A DNA stretch of 64,000 bases. It comes from Planctomycetota bacterium (GTDB lineage: Bacteria; Planctomycetota; J058; J103). How positions within the stretch are numbered: the stretch's first letter is position 1; each line of letters opens with the position of its first letter. The stretch spans positions 443,482 to 507,481 of the forward strand of contig BPJM01000001.1 in the NCBI GenBank assembly GCA_026004615.1, given 5' to 3'. Made by a program: the position numbers and the translations under genes. Under the pieces are notes generated by a model. The model searched no databases, had not been told where the DNA came from, and was given only the letters and a program-made list of their open reading frames with translations. Positions 55,599 to 64,000 of this stretch are shown here, in pieces.

Positions 55599-56453
55599 TC
55601 AGTGCCCGCCGCCGGCGCGCGCCGGGCCGTCTCGCGCCGGCTCGCCATAGGGCAGCGGCAGGTAGTAGACGCTCGGGCGGCGGTTGGGCGGCTGGGGGTG
55701 CAGCGCCATGATCTCGTGGATCTCCGGTGGCAGATCGCAGCTGATCCTGAGCCCCAGGCTGCGCGCCCGCTCGCAGGTGATCGGAAAATCGTGGGTGAAG
55801 CTGCCCTGCGAGAGCACCTCGGCCACCTCCTCGGCCTTCGCGGGCTCCATCTTCCCCTTGAGCAGCTCGCGGACGGTCTCGCGGACCTGCTCCAGCGCCA
55901 TGCGCGCGATGTCCGCCTCGATGAGCGTCTGGTCGCTGACGCGCTCGACGGGCTTGCCCTGTACGGCGCGCAGGATCGAGGCCGCCGGTCGCTGGCCGAT
56001 CTGCGGATCGACCGGCCCCAGCACCGCGTGCGGATCCATGACGATCTCGTCGGCGGCCAGGGCGAGCAGCGTGCCCCCGCTCATCGCGTAGTGGGGCACG
56101 AACACCGTCACCTTGGCCGGGTGATCGCGCAGCGCGCGTGCGATCTGGTCGGCTGCCAGCACCAGCCCCCCGGGGGTGTGCAGGATCAGGTCGATCGGCA
56201 CGTCGCCGGTAGTCATCCGGATGGCGCGCAGCACCTCCTCGGAGTCCTGGATGTCCAGGTAACGCAGCAGCGGAAAGCCGAGCAGGCCCATGGTCTCCTG
56301 GCGGTGGACCAGCAGGATGGCTCTGGAGCCGCGCTTGCGCTCCAGCCGGTGCAGCAGGCGCATCCGCTGCGCCTCCAGCAGCCGGCGGGACACCAGGGGC
56401 TGCAGCATGGTGAGCAGAAAGAAGATCCAGATCAGCTCGCCGATGCCCGGCAT
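55599..56453 (-). CDS. SDH-family Clp-fold serine protease (membrane-anchored)
   Basis: Internal ATG of ORF 55599..56633: MPGIGELIWIFFLLTMLQPL (TM)...DLILHTPGGLVLAADQIARAL...TVFVPHYAMSGGTLLALAADEIVM. This is the typical ClpP/SppA-like fold of the SDH (serine dehydrogenase proteinase) family. Confidence 0.75.
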   Translation of the reverse strand: MPGIGELIWIFFLLTMLQPLVSRRLLEAQRMRLLHRLERKRGSRAILLVHRQETMGLLGFPLLRYLDIQDSEEVLRAIRMTTGDVPIDLILHTPGGLVLAADQIARALRDHPAKVTVFVPHYAMSGGTLLALAADEIVMDPHAVLGPVDPQIGQRPAASILRAVQGKPVERVSDQTLIEADIARMALEQVRETVRELLKGKMEPAKAEEVAEVLSQGSFTHDFPITCERARSLGLRISCDLPPEIHEIMALHPQPPNRRPSVYYLPLPYGEPARDGPARAGGGH

Positions 56454-56765
56454 CGCTGCCCTCCTCGGAACAACTCTCGCGCGGCTGCCCGCGCCCGCGC
56501 GCGCCACCGTGGGGGCGAAGCATACCATACGGTCGCGCACGCGGCCACCGCCCTCGCCGCCCGCCGGTCCGCGCTCCGTATTCGCAAGGGCGGGCGGGTC
56601 CTGCGCGGCTGGTCCTGCACGGGGCATGGGCACTCGCGGCCGCGCACCACCTTCGCCGGCGATCGCTGCCGGCCAGCGCCCACATGGCAGATAGGACCCG
56701 CAACCCCCCCCGCGGCCGGCGCGAGCGTCCTCAGCCGGCGCCAGCGTCCGCTGCCGGCGCCATGC

Positions 56766-57650
56766 TCAGCGCGGCGCCGTGCGGATGGCGAAGCCGGTCA
56801 GGGCCACGTCGCGCCGGCCGCGCAGGCGGGCGACCTCGGCGTCCGACAGCTCGGGGGGATATTCGCCCGCAAGCCGGCCGAACAACGTGCGATCCCGGTC
56901 CTCGTAGCCGAAGGCATTGCCCCCGTCGAACATCACCACGTCCGTGAAGCCGGCCCGCAGCAGATCCGCCTGCAGATCGGCCAGCCGCAGCGAATTCGTC
57001 TCGACGATCAGATAGGCCCGCCCGTCGCTGTGGATGCCGATGAGCGTGTGCCGGGCAGTGGCCTCGAACTGGGGCGCGGAAGCCCCACCGCGGAAGCGCT
57101 GCCGGGTCTCGAGATCCTCGCTCGAGACGGCCTTGCCCCCCTCCAGGATCAACGCCCCACCGCCCATGAACTCCTGCAGCGGGACGCCCGGCTGCTCGAA
57201 CGCAGCCCGGACGGAAGCCTCGCGGGCGTCGGGATAATACCCGATGCGGATCTCCCCGTTGGCCAGCACCGCCACTCCGCCCCTGCCGTGTGGCCACACC
57301 CCGCTGGTCAGCCAGCGCCCGCCGGAGATGACCGGACCCACCGGCCCCCGACCGTCGTGGAAGGTGCCGCTGACCACGATGTCGGCACCGACCTCCGAGG
57401 GATGGATCGTGCGGACGTCCCGCCCGCTGGCCGCGGGATCGCGCGGTGCGTACAGCGTCCGCAGCGAGTCGATCGGAGCCAGTATGTAGCCCGCAGGAAG
57501 CGAAGGCGGAGCGATGGGTGCGGGGGCGGCCAGCTCCTCGGCCGCTGCGATCAGCTCGGCTTCCTCCGCCGGCACCGTGTCCGACAGCCCCTCTTCCGGA
57601 TCGAAGGCAAAGGGCCAGCTGCTGGCCGGCCCGACTCCCCAGAGCCCCAT
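56766..57650 (-). CDS. Phosphodiester glycosidase (NAGPA/DUF2233) family protein, 294 aa
   Basis: Internal ATG (57650, GAGGAGG upstream) of ORF 56766..58901: ...VVSGTFHDGRGPVGPVISGGRW...GGGALILEGGKAV...RHTLIGIHSDGRAYLIVE...LADLQADLLRAGFTDVVMFDGGNA. Confidence 0.7.
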   Translation of the reverse strand: MGLWGVGPASSWPFAFDPEEGLSDTVPAEEAELIAAAEELAAPAPIAPPSLPAGYILAPIDSLRTLYAPRDPAASGRDVRTIHPSEVGADIVVSGTFHDGRGPVGPVISGGRWLTSGVWPHGRGGVAVLANGEIRIGYYPDAREASVRAAFEQPGVPLQEFMGGGALILEGGKAVSSEDLETRQRFRGGASAPQFEATARHTLIGIHSDGRAYLIVETNSLRLADLQADLLRAGFTDVVMFDGGNAFGYEDRDRTLFGRLAGEYPPELSDAEVARLRGRRDVALTGFAIRTAPR

Positions 57651-58095
57651 GGCATACCTCCTCGCCCGCCGCGCCGGCCGGCCCGCCAGCTTTGGCCGCC
57701 CGCGGCCCGACCCCATCCTGCCCACCGGGGGTCGAGATCGGCGAGCTGCGCACCGGCCACCCCGGAGCGCCCGCGCCACCGAGGCCCCACGCGAGGCGCG
57801 TGGAGCCCGGATCCGGTGCGGAACACGGACCCCGGTGCCGCAGCTCGCCCGACTCGACGCACCGGCCAGCAACCATGATAGCCGCCCGTGGAGCGCCTTT
57901 CGCCCCCGGCCCGGAATTCTCTCCCCGCCCTTCGGGGCAAAGGGTCGGCAGTGCGCCTTGCCTGGCCCGATCCCGTGCGGCCGTTCCCCTCGAGCTGGCA
58001 GCGGCCGGGGAGGCCTCGCTCCGAACGCCAGCCGCGATTTTCGCTGCGTGCAACCGATGGCCGGCCCCGGCTCGCTCCGTATCGCCTCGCCGCGT

Positions 58096-58938
58096 TCAGC
58101 CCGGGCGGCGACGGCAGGCGGCGGCACGGAGCTGTTCGAGCACGTCCGCCGGCAGCGGCTGGCTGCCGAGCTCGGGACGGTCCGGATCGCCGTGGAAGTC
58201 CGAGCCGCCGGTGACCACCAGGCGGTAGCGCGCTGCCTCGGCCAGCCAGCTCGCCACCTCCTCGGGCGTGTGGCTCGGATAGTAGACCTCGATCCCGCCC
58301 AGACCGGCGGCGACCAGCGCCGCGGTCCGCGGGCGCTGGCGGTAGCGGCCCGGATGCGCCAGGACCGCGACGCCGCCCGCGGCGCGTACGGCCGCGATGG
58401 CCTGCTCGACCGGCGGCAGCGGTTTGGGCACGTAGCAGGCCGCCCCGGCGCCCAGATAGCGGCGAAATGCCTCCGGGATCGAGGCCACGACGCCGGCTTG
58501 CACCAGCAGTCGCGCCAGGTGCAGGCGCCCCGGATTCGTCGCCGCCGAGGCGAGCAGCGCTCGCGCATCGAGCCGGACGCCCGCCGCCCCCAGCCGCTCC
58601 AGCATCTGCTCGAAGCGCGCGCGCCGCGCCGCCGCCTGCTGCTCCAGCAGGCGCAGCAGGGGCTCGGCCGCCGGGTCGAACAGATAGCCGAGCAGGTGTA
58701 CCTCGGCGCCGGCGTGTGCCGCGCTGATCTCCACGCCATGCACGAGCTCCACCCCGAGTTCCCGGGCCGGTCCCGCTGCCAGCGATAGCGCCGCGATGGT
58801 GTCGTGATCCGTGATCGCCAGCGCCCGCAGCCCCCGCCTGTGTGCGAGTTCGACCAGCGCTCCCGGCGCGAGCAGCCCGTCCGAGCAGCTGCTGTGGGCA
58901 TGCAGCTCGATGGCGGAGGCGCTGGCGGCGCTGGGCAT
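58096..58938 (-). CDS. PHP-domain metal-dependent phosphoesterase
   Basis: ORF 58096..58941: IELHAHSSCSDGLLAP..LVELAHRRGLRALAITDHDT...EISA....EVHLLGY...VAVLAHP...GGIEVYYPSH...TGGSDFHG. The ATG at 58938 shares one base with the upstream TGA. Confidence 0.85.
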   Translation of the reverse strand: MPSAASASAIELHAHSSCSDGLLAPGALVELAHRRGLRALAITDHDTIAALSLAAGPARELGVELVHGVEISAAHAGAEVHLLGYLFDPAAEPLLRLLEQQAAARRARFEQMLERLGAAGVRLDARALLASAATNPGRLHLARLLVQAGVVASIPEAFRRYLGAGAACYVPKPLPPVEQAIAAVRAAGGVAVLAHPGRYRQRPRTAALVAAGLGGIEVYYPSHTPEEVASWLAEAARYRLVVTGGSDFHGDPDRPELGSQPLPADVLEQLRAAACRRRPG

Positions 58939-60485
58939 CACCGTCCCAGCTCGTGCGGCATCGGCACCGGCGGCGAGCGGAAATACTGGACCGGCGAGTA
59001 ATGGATCAGGTTGGAGACGCGGCTGGTGTAGATGCAGGCGTACTCCTCGAGCTGTTTGGCGAACAGGCTCGTCTCCACGCCCTCGCGGAACAACCGGCCC
59101 CAGTACGGGTTCGCTGCGCTGTCGACGCGCTGTTCGATCTCCTCCTTCTCCACCCGCAGCCGCCGCGCCTGCGCGCGCAGTTGCTCCAGCGCGCAGCGGG
59201 CGGCGCGCTCGGCGCGCGCGGCCTGGGCCGTGGGCGTGTCCCCCCCATAACCGCTGCTCTCGCCGCTGGCGGCGCGCTGTTCGCGCCGCCGCGCCGCCTC
59301 GGCGAGCAGGAGCTTGTAGTAGTTGATCTCGTAGTCCAGCCGCCGCAGCTCGTCCTCGATGCGCTCGGCGCGGGCGTGGTCCGCATCGAACAGCTGCTGG
59401 TGCCAGAGCACGTCCTCCAGCTCGGGCACGATCATGGCCGTGCGCCAGAGCGAGGACTTCTTCGACTTGAGCATGTCGCCGTAGATGTGGTCACCCACGT
59501 AGAGCACGTGCTCGCCCCCGAGCCCCGCCAGCTGCTCGAGGTCGCGCAGGTTGCCGCCCTGGTAGACACGCCCCTTGTCGAGCGTCGCCGCCGGCTCGGC
59601 GCCCGGCCGCCCGGTGCGCTCGTCGATCGGCAGGAACGGACTGCGCGAGGCGAAGAACTCCGGCTTGCGCGCCCCCACCACCACCAGGTCGAAGTAGGTA
59701 CGCCAGGAGGGATAGCCCTCCAGCGCACCATCGAGCAGGTAGCGCATCACCGCGCAGGTATAGGGCCAGTAGGAGTTGGTGAGCAGAAACAGCCGCTTGC
59801 CGCTGGAGCGCAGCCGGTGGAGCGTGCGCGCCAGGTCCGGATCGCGCTCGATGTAGGCCGCGGGCTCGGCCTGGATGACGGACTTGAGCGAGCCGTCGGC
59901 GTGCACCTCGTCGATCGCCGCGCGCGTGTCGTCGTAGAGCTGCTCGTACGAGGGCCGTCGCTCCGGGGCGCGGGCGTCGAACCAGTCCACCAGCAGGCTG
60001 TACAGGCACACCTCGGGCAGCGAGAACAGGGTGTCGACCCAGGCATAGCCGCCCGAGTGCAGTTCGATCTTGCGGGTGCGGTACAGCTCCCGCCGCTCCT
60101 CGCGCCCGAGCTGGCGGCTGCCGTGCCAGGCACGCCCGACATGGCCGTAGCGGTCCATCTTGAAGATGTTGCCGCGGTGCTTGTCCACCACCAGACCGCG
60201 GATCACGCGCTCGGGCTCGTAGCGGATCTGGCGGATCTCGGGCGGGTAGCCGCGCGAGGCGATGAGGTTCTCGACGGTGAGGCGGAACGCCAGCTCCTCG
60301 ATGGCGCCCTTCTTGTAGATCGCGAGCGTGTAGTCCATGTCGAAGCCGACGAACTTGACGCCCGCGAGATTGAGGTTGCGGTTCACGAAGACGCGCCGGC
60401 GCGGATCCAGCGGAGCCACCGCGTGGGCGGTGTCCAGCACGTCCAACAGATCGATCCGGACGGCGGCATCGGCATCGGTCGCCAT
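58938..60485 (-). CDS. HAD-IG family 5'-nucleotidase (cN-II-like)
   Basis: Internal ATG (60485) of ORF 58938..60548: VFVNRNLNLAGVKFVGFDMDYTLAIY...RGLVVDKHRGNIFKMDRYGHV...LFLLTNSYWPYT...VLYVGDHIYGDMLKSKK. These are hallmark blocks of the 5'-nucleotidase HAD-IG family. Confidence 0.85.
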   Translation of the reverse strand: MATDADAAVRIDLLDVLDTAHAVAPLDPRRRVFVNRNLNLAGVKFVGFDMDYTLAIYKKGAIEELAFRLTVENLIASRGYPPEIRQIRYEPERVIRGLVVDKHRGNIFKMDRYGHVGRAWHGSRQLGREERRELYRTRKIELHSGGYAWVDTLFSLPEVCLYSLLVDWFDARAPERRPSYEQLYDDTRAAIDEVHADGSLKSVIQAEPAAYIERDPDLARTLHRLRSSGKRLFLLTNSYWPYTCAVMRYLLDGALEGYPSWRTYFDLVVVGARKPEFFASRSPFLPIDERTGRPGAEPAATLDKGRVYQGGNLRDLEQLAGLGGEHVLYVGDHIYGDMLKSKKSSLWRTAMIVPELEDVLWHQQLFDADHARAERIEDELRRLDYEINYYKLLLAEAARRREQRAASGESSGYGGDTPTAQAARAERAARCALEQLRAQARRLRVEKEEIEQRVDSAANPYWGRLFREGVETSLFAKQLEEYACIYTSRVSNLIHYSPVQYFRSPPVPMPHELGR

Positions 60486-60620
60486 GGCAGCACGATTATA
60501 GCCCGCCGGCGCCAGGTGGCTGCACTCCGGCGGCAGCCCCGCCCCCAAAGACAGGCGCGGCGCCGGGTCGGCGACCCGGCGCCGCGCACAACCGGCCAGC
60601 TCGTCGGCCGCGCGCGTTCG

Positions 60621-62393
60621 CTACTGCGCCGTCACGCGGATGTCGTCCAGGAAGAAGCCCGCATCTCCGATCGAGTAGTCGCTGGCGAACTCCCACGCCA
60701 CGATCCAGCGCGGCGCGATCGCGAGCGCCGGAGTCAGGTCGACCGTGTAGGTCTGCCAGCCGTTGGAGCGGCCACCGAAACCGGGGGTCGAGCTGCCGCT
60801 GCTGGTGGTGAAGGCATCGATTGCCTGGTAGTTGTAGCCCTGATCCGGCACCAGCAGGTACCAGGTGTTGCCCTGGTCGGGGGTGGCGAGCAACCGCACC
60901 CCGTCCGCCGCGTACTGGCCCTGACCGTAGGTCTCCAGCGAGAAGTACGCCTTGAAGGAGAGCTGGGCGCTGGTGCGGCCGCTGAGATCGATCTCGCTCG
61001 TGTAGAGCAGGTCGTGCGCGTCGTCGTCGTAGACGGTGGCGAACTTGGTGCCGGCGCAGAAGCTGCCCTGTGCCGCGGCGCTCGGCAGGTTCGGCGTGCT
61101 GAACTGCGCGGGGTCGTCGACGTACCACTCGACCGTGCCGACCGCGCTCACACGGCCCAGTGCGTAGCTGGCGCCCTCCAGATCCTCCGCGAAGACCAGC
61201 TGGCCCTGGCCGCTGGAGCCGCCGGTGCTGCCGCCGCCGCTACCGCCGGTGCTCCCGGTGCCGCCGCCCACCGTGGCGCCGATCGCACTCGCCTCACCGA
61301 TCAGCACGTCGTTGATCGCCCAGAAGCCACCCCAGCCCTGCGGCATCGAGGTGTCGTCGGCGTCGCTGACGAACCAGAAACCGACGACGACGTCGGCGAG
61401 CCCAGCGAACGCACTCAAATCGACGGTGACCTGGGCGAAGCTGGACTGGGTGCCGGTGAACCAGCCCGGCGCGGGCGTCTGATAGAACAGCTGCTGGACC
61501 GGATAGCCCCCCTGGATGTCGGGATAGTTCCACTGTACCCCGTCCCAGACCACCACCTTGGCGCCGTCGAAGTTGGGCTCGATGTCGTAGGCGTGACGGA
61601 ACACGAGCACAGGGTGCTGCGCGCCGGTGAAGTCCAGCGGCGGCGTCAGCAGCACGTCGCTCATGTTCGGGGCGTAGCCGCCGCCCCAGCCCACCGCGGC
61701 GACGGTCTCGCTGCCCGCTGTCCCCACACCCCAGCCGTTGCCGGCCTGAGAGGCCTGGCCCACCACGCCGAAGTTGCCGTACGGTGCGGCGTCGAAGCCC
61801 TCGGCCACCCAGATGCCGTTGGACGGCTGGACCCCGCCGGTGGGCGTCCCGGTCTGACCGCCGCTGCCCCCCGTGCCGCCCGTGCTGCCGCCGGTACCGC
61901 CGGTGCTACCGCCCGTGCCGCCCGTGCTGCCGCCGGTGCCGCCGGTGCTACCGCCGGTGCCGCCGGTGCTGCCGGTGCTGCCCCCCGTGCTTCCGCCCGT
62001 GCCCCCGGTGCTGCCGCCGGTGCCGCCCGTGCTTCCGCCCGTGCCGCCCGTGCTGCCGCCGATGCCACCGGTGCTGCCGCCGGTACCGCCGGTGCTGCCC
62101 CCCGTGCTTCCGCCCGTGCCCCCGGTGCTGCCGCCGGTGCCGCCGCCCGTGCTGCCGCCGGTGCCGCCCGTGCTGCCGCCGCCCAGGGTGCCGCCGCCCG
62201 GCAGGGTACCCCCGCTACCGCTCCCGCCGGTGCTCGTGCCCGAGCCGCCGGTGCTCGTGCTGCCGCTGGGGGTGGAGGAGCCGCTGGAGATCTTCTTGGA
62301 GCTGGACGGCTTGTCGTTCCCACCGCAGCCGAACAGGGCCAGCGATCCCACCGTCACCGCGACGACCAACAGGTCTCTGAGACTGGGCGCCAT
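60621..62393 (-). CDS. Lipoprotein with a ~120-residue (T/S)GG-heptad linker and two globular beta-rich domains
   Basis: Internal ATG (62393) of ORF 60621..62489. It has a lipobox (VGSLALFGCGG), then GGSTGGT repeats, then two similar domains (...GFWFVSDADD... and ...WEFASDYSIGDAGFFLDDIRV). Confidence 0.75.
   Translation of the reverse strand: MAPSLRDLLVVAVTVGSLALFGCGGNDKPSSSKKISSGSSTPSGSTSTGGSGTSTGGSGSGGTLPGGGTLGGGSTGGTGGSTGGGTGGSTGGTGGSTGGSTGGTGGSTGGIGGSTGGTGGSTGGTGGSTGGTGGSTGGSTGSTGGTGGSTGGTGGSTGGTGGSTGGTGGSTGGTGGSGGQTGTPTGGVQPSNGIWVAEGFDAAPYGNFGVVGQASQAGNGWGVGTAGSETVAAVGWGGGYAPNMSDVLLTPPLDFTGAQHPVLVFRHAYDIEPNFDGAKVVVWDGVQWNYPDIQGGYPVQQLFYQTPAPGWFTGTQSSFAQVTVDLSAFAGLADVVVGFWFVSDADDTSMPQGWGGFWAINDVLIGEASAIGATVGGGTGSTGGSGGGSTGGSSGQGQLVFAEDLEGASYALGRVSAVGTVEWYVDDPAQFSTPNLPSAAAQGSFCAGTKFATVYDDDAHDLLYTSEIDLSGRTSAQLSFKAYFSLETYGQGQYAADGVRLLATPDQGNTWYLLVPDQGYNYQAIDAFTTSSGSSTPGFGGRSNGWQTYTVDLTPALAIAPRWIVAWEFASDYSIGDAGFFLDDIRVTAQ
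61855..62225 (-). repeat. In-frame tandem repeat, 21-nt unit (about 17 units, imperfect) encoding GGSTGGT
   Basis: ggtgctgccgccggtgccgcccgt-type units are visible from about 61860 to 62220. A shorter related run lies at about 61201-61270. Confidence 0.85.
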
Positions 62394-62778
62394 CCTCTGC
62401 CCTCCTCCTCGAACGCTGCTGCCGCGGCTGGCTGGCGGGGCTCCCCGCGCTCGCGCTGCCGGGGCTCTGGCGGGATGGCCCTCGCGCATGCGGCATGCCA
62501 GCCCGATGGGATCGGCGCCACATGCCAGATCTCCTTAAGCAAAAGAAGATTGCGAAGTACCGCGCCGGCCTGCCGATCGGCCCACGTGCGCGCTGTGGCG
62601 CTCGTGGGACGCAATCCCGGGCGCAGTTTCGTTTCAACTCCCGGACACGCTGCAGAGGCCGACACGCGGGGCCCTCCCCGGCACCCTCACCTCCCGGAGC
62701 AGCGAGAGCGGGTGGCGGATTGACCGCTCCGGCGAATCGGATATCTTTGGAGATTCACCGTAGGCAAGCGGAGGACGC

Positions 62779-63540
62779 ATGCGGCTGCGGGTCATGGGCA
62801 CCTATGGCGCCGAGCTGGGACAGATGCGCACGACCTCGTTCCTGCTCGAGCAGACCGTGCTGCTGGATGCCGGCTCGGCCACCCAGGTGCTGGGGGTCGA
62901 GGAGATCCAGGCGCTCCAGGCGGTCGTGCTCACCCACGCCCACGTGGATCACGTCAAGAGCCTGCCGTTGCTGCTCGATGCGCGCATGGGCTGCCCCACC
63001 CTGGAGGTCTACGCCGCTCAGCCCACGATCGCGGCCCTGCGCGTGCACCTGTTCAACGGCGAGCTGTGGCCCGACCTGGAGTCGATCCCGAGCCCCGACA
63101 ACCCCTGCCTGCGCTTCCGCACGATCGAGCCAGAGCGCCCCTTCCAGGCGGGTGGGCTGCGCTTCACCGCCGTCGAGGTCACCCACACGGTGCCCACCGT
63201 CGGCTACATCGTCGAGGACGGCACGAGCGCGCTCGCCATCTCGTCGGATACCGCGGAGACCGAGCGGCTGTGGCAGCTGGTGCGCGCGCATCCCGCAGTG
63301 CGCGCAGCGATCGTGGAGGTGTCCTATCCCAGCCGCCTGCATGCGATCGCCGAGGCGAGCAAGCATCTGAGCACCGTGAACCTGGAGCGCGAGCTGGCGA
63401 AGATTCCCGAGGGCGTCGCGGTGTACCTGACGCACCTCAAGCCCGTGTTCTTGGAGGAAATCCTCGCCGAGCTGGAACCGATCCGCCGGCGCCACCCGCA
63501 CGTGCGGCTGCTCCAGCAGGACCAGTCGCTCGAGCTGTAG
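62779..63540 (+). CDS. MBL-fold hydrolase resembling class-II 3',5'-cyclic-nucleotide phosphodiesterase
   Basis: ORF 62779..63540: FLLEQTVLLDAGSA...AVVLTHAHVDHVKSLP (HxHxDH)...VEVTHTVPTVGYIV...ISSDT...YLTHLKP. The layout is that of the PDEase_II family. Confidence 0.7.
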   Translation: MRLRVMGTYGAELGQMRTTSFLLEQTVLLDAGSATQVLGVEEIQALQAVVLTHAHVDHVKSLPLLLDARMGCPTLEVYAAQPTIAALRVHLFNGELWPDLESIPSPDNPCLRFRTIEPERPFQAGGLRFTAVEVTHTVPTVGYIVEDGTSALAISSDTAETERLWQLVRAHPAVRAAIVEVSYPSRLHAIAEASKHLSTVNLERELAKIPEGVAVYLTHLKPVFLEEILAELEPIRRRHPHVRLLQQDQSLEL

Positions 63541-63710
63541 CCGCTGCTCCCGCACCGCGCCACGGCTCGCTCCGAGCACCCTGGCGGACTGCAGCGCGCG
63601 AGGCCGCTGCGGCGCGAGGGGTCGGCGGCGGCGAGGAGCGGGCCGTGGCGCCTGGTCTGCCGTGCGCACAGGACGGTGCGGCTGCGAGGGAGTACGTGCC
63701 GATGGCGGTG

Positions 63711-64000
63711 CACGAGCCGGGAGCGGCCGCAGGCCCGAGCCGCGCGGGATGTCCCGCCGAGCCCTCGATTGCCGTCGTCGGGCCGCAGGAGCTGGCGGCG
63801 GCGGTCGAGGCCGCGTTGCAACGCCGCAACGGGGGCGCGCGCGTCTTTCGCCTGCAGGCGCCCGAACAGCTGTTCTACCTCGACGAACCCCTCGAGGCGG
63901 CAGTGGTGTTGCTCGCAGCCTCCGAGATCCCGCGCGCCGTGCACGAGCTGGCAGGCCGCCTGGGCGTGCCGCTGATCGTGATCGGCGAGGACGACGAGCC
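63711..64000 (+). CDS. Possible 5' end of a gene running off the right edge (partial), unknown function
   Basis: The open frame from ATG 63711 to the window end reads MAVHEPGAAAGPSRAGCPAEPSIAVVGPQELAAAVEAALQRRNGGARVFRLQAPEQLFYLDEPLEAAVVLLAASEIPRAVHELAGRLGVPLIVIGEDDE. It is not in the supplied track, presumably because no stop is reached. Confidence 0.3.

Noticed and set aside
61855-62225. Possible CRISPR array because of regular short repeats
   Set aside because: The repeats are contiguous 21-nt units without spacers, in frame within a CDS, and no cas genes are present.
61784-62538. Pro/Cys/Arg-rich plus-strand ORFs (for example PPVLPPVPPV) over the repeat region
   Set aside because: They are the mirror-image reading of the minus-strand GGSTGGT repeat. 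The lipoprotein frame has a lipobox and globular domains.

Overview
High-GC (roughly 70%) bacterial chromosomal window; the taxon cannot be determined from sequence alone. All calls come from reading the supplied translations and the DNA by eye, and no searches were run. From 25.8 to 64 kb the window looks like ordinary chromosome. It carries malQ, a GT2 glycosyltransferase, an LpxL-type acyltransferase, DoxX, a CarboxypepD_reg-repeat protein and a protein kinase. It also carries a run of secreted/lipoprotein genes including a ~1500-aa FG-GAP/VCBS lipoprotein, a fused MlaF-MlaE ABC transporter operon and a Clp-fold SDH protease. The remaining genes are a NAGPA-type phosphodiester glycosidase, a PHP phosphoesterase, a HAD-IG 5'-nucleotidase, a Gly-repeat lipoprotein and an MBL-fold class-II cNMP-phosphodiesterase-like gene. 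The interesting part is 0-25.8 kb. A ~19.8-kb insertion (about 6012-25806) sits between malQ and a GH57 gene. It is bounded by a 191/193-bp direct duplication of the malQ 3' end and contains no recombinase. The whole island is one co-directional minus-strand array with overlapping or nearly abutting stop/start codons. Its core is BREX/Pgl-like: an SNF2+DUF3883 helicase, a DUF1156 methyltransferase (multiply frameshifted) and a DUF499 ATPase. Five accessory cassettes are wedged between the core genes: two paralogous ABC-type ATPase + TOPRIM-like pairs (PARIS/OLD-like), a RadA-like ATPase + degenerate HNH pair, a low-GC HEPN (Rx4H) gene, and two putative sensor-domain + PD-(D/E)xK nuclease fusions. 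The cassette junctions carry nested scars: three DUF1156 5' ends and two helicase 3' ends. Positions 1-5.7 kb are a graveyard of a second, degraded defence locus plus an IS256 remnant that truncates the GH57 gene. The many frameshifts may be real decay or sequencing error; I cannot distinguish these from the sequence alone.
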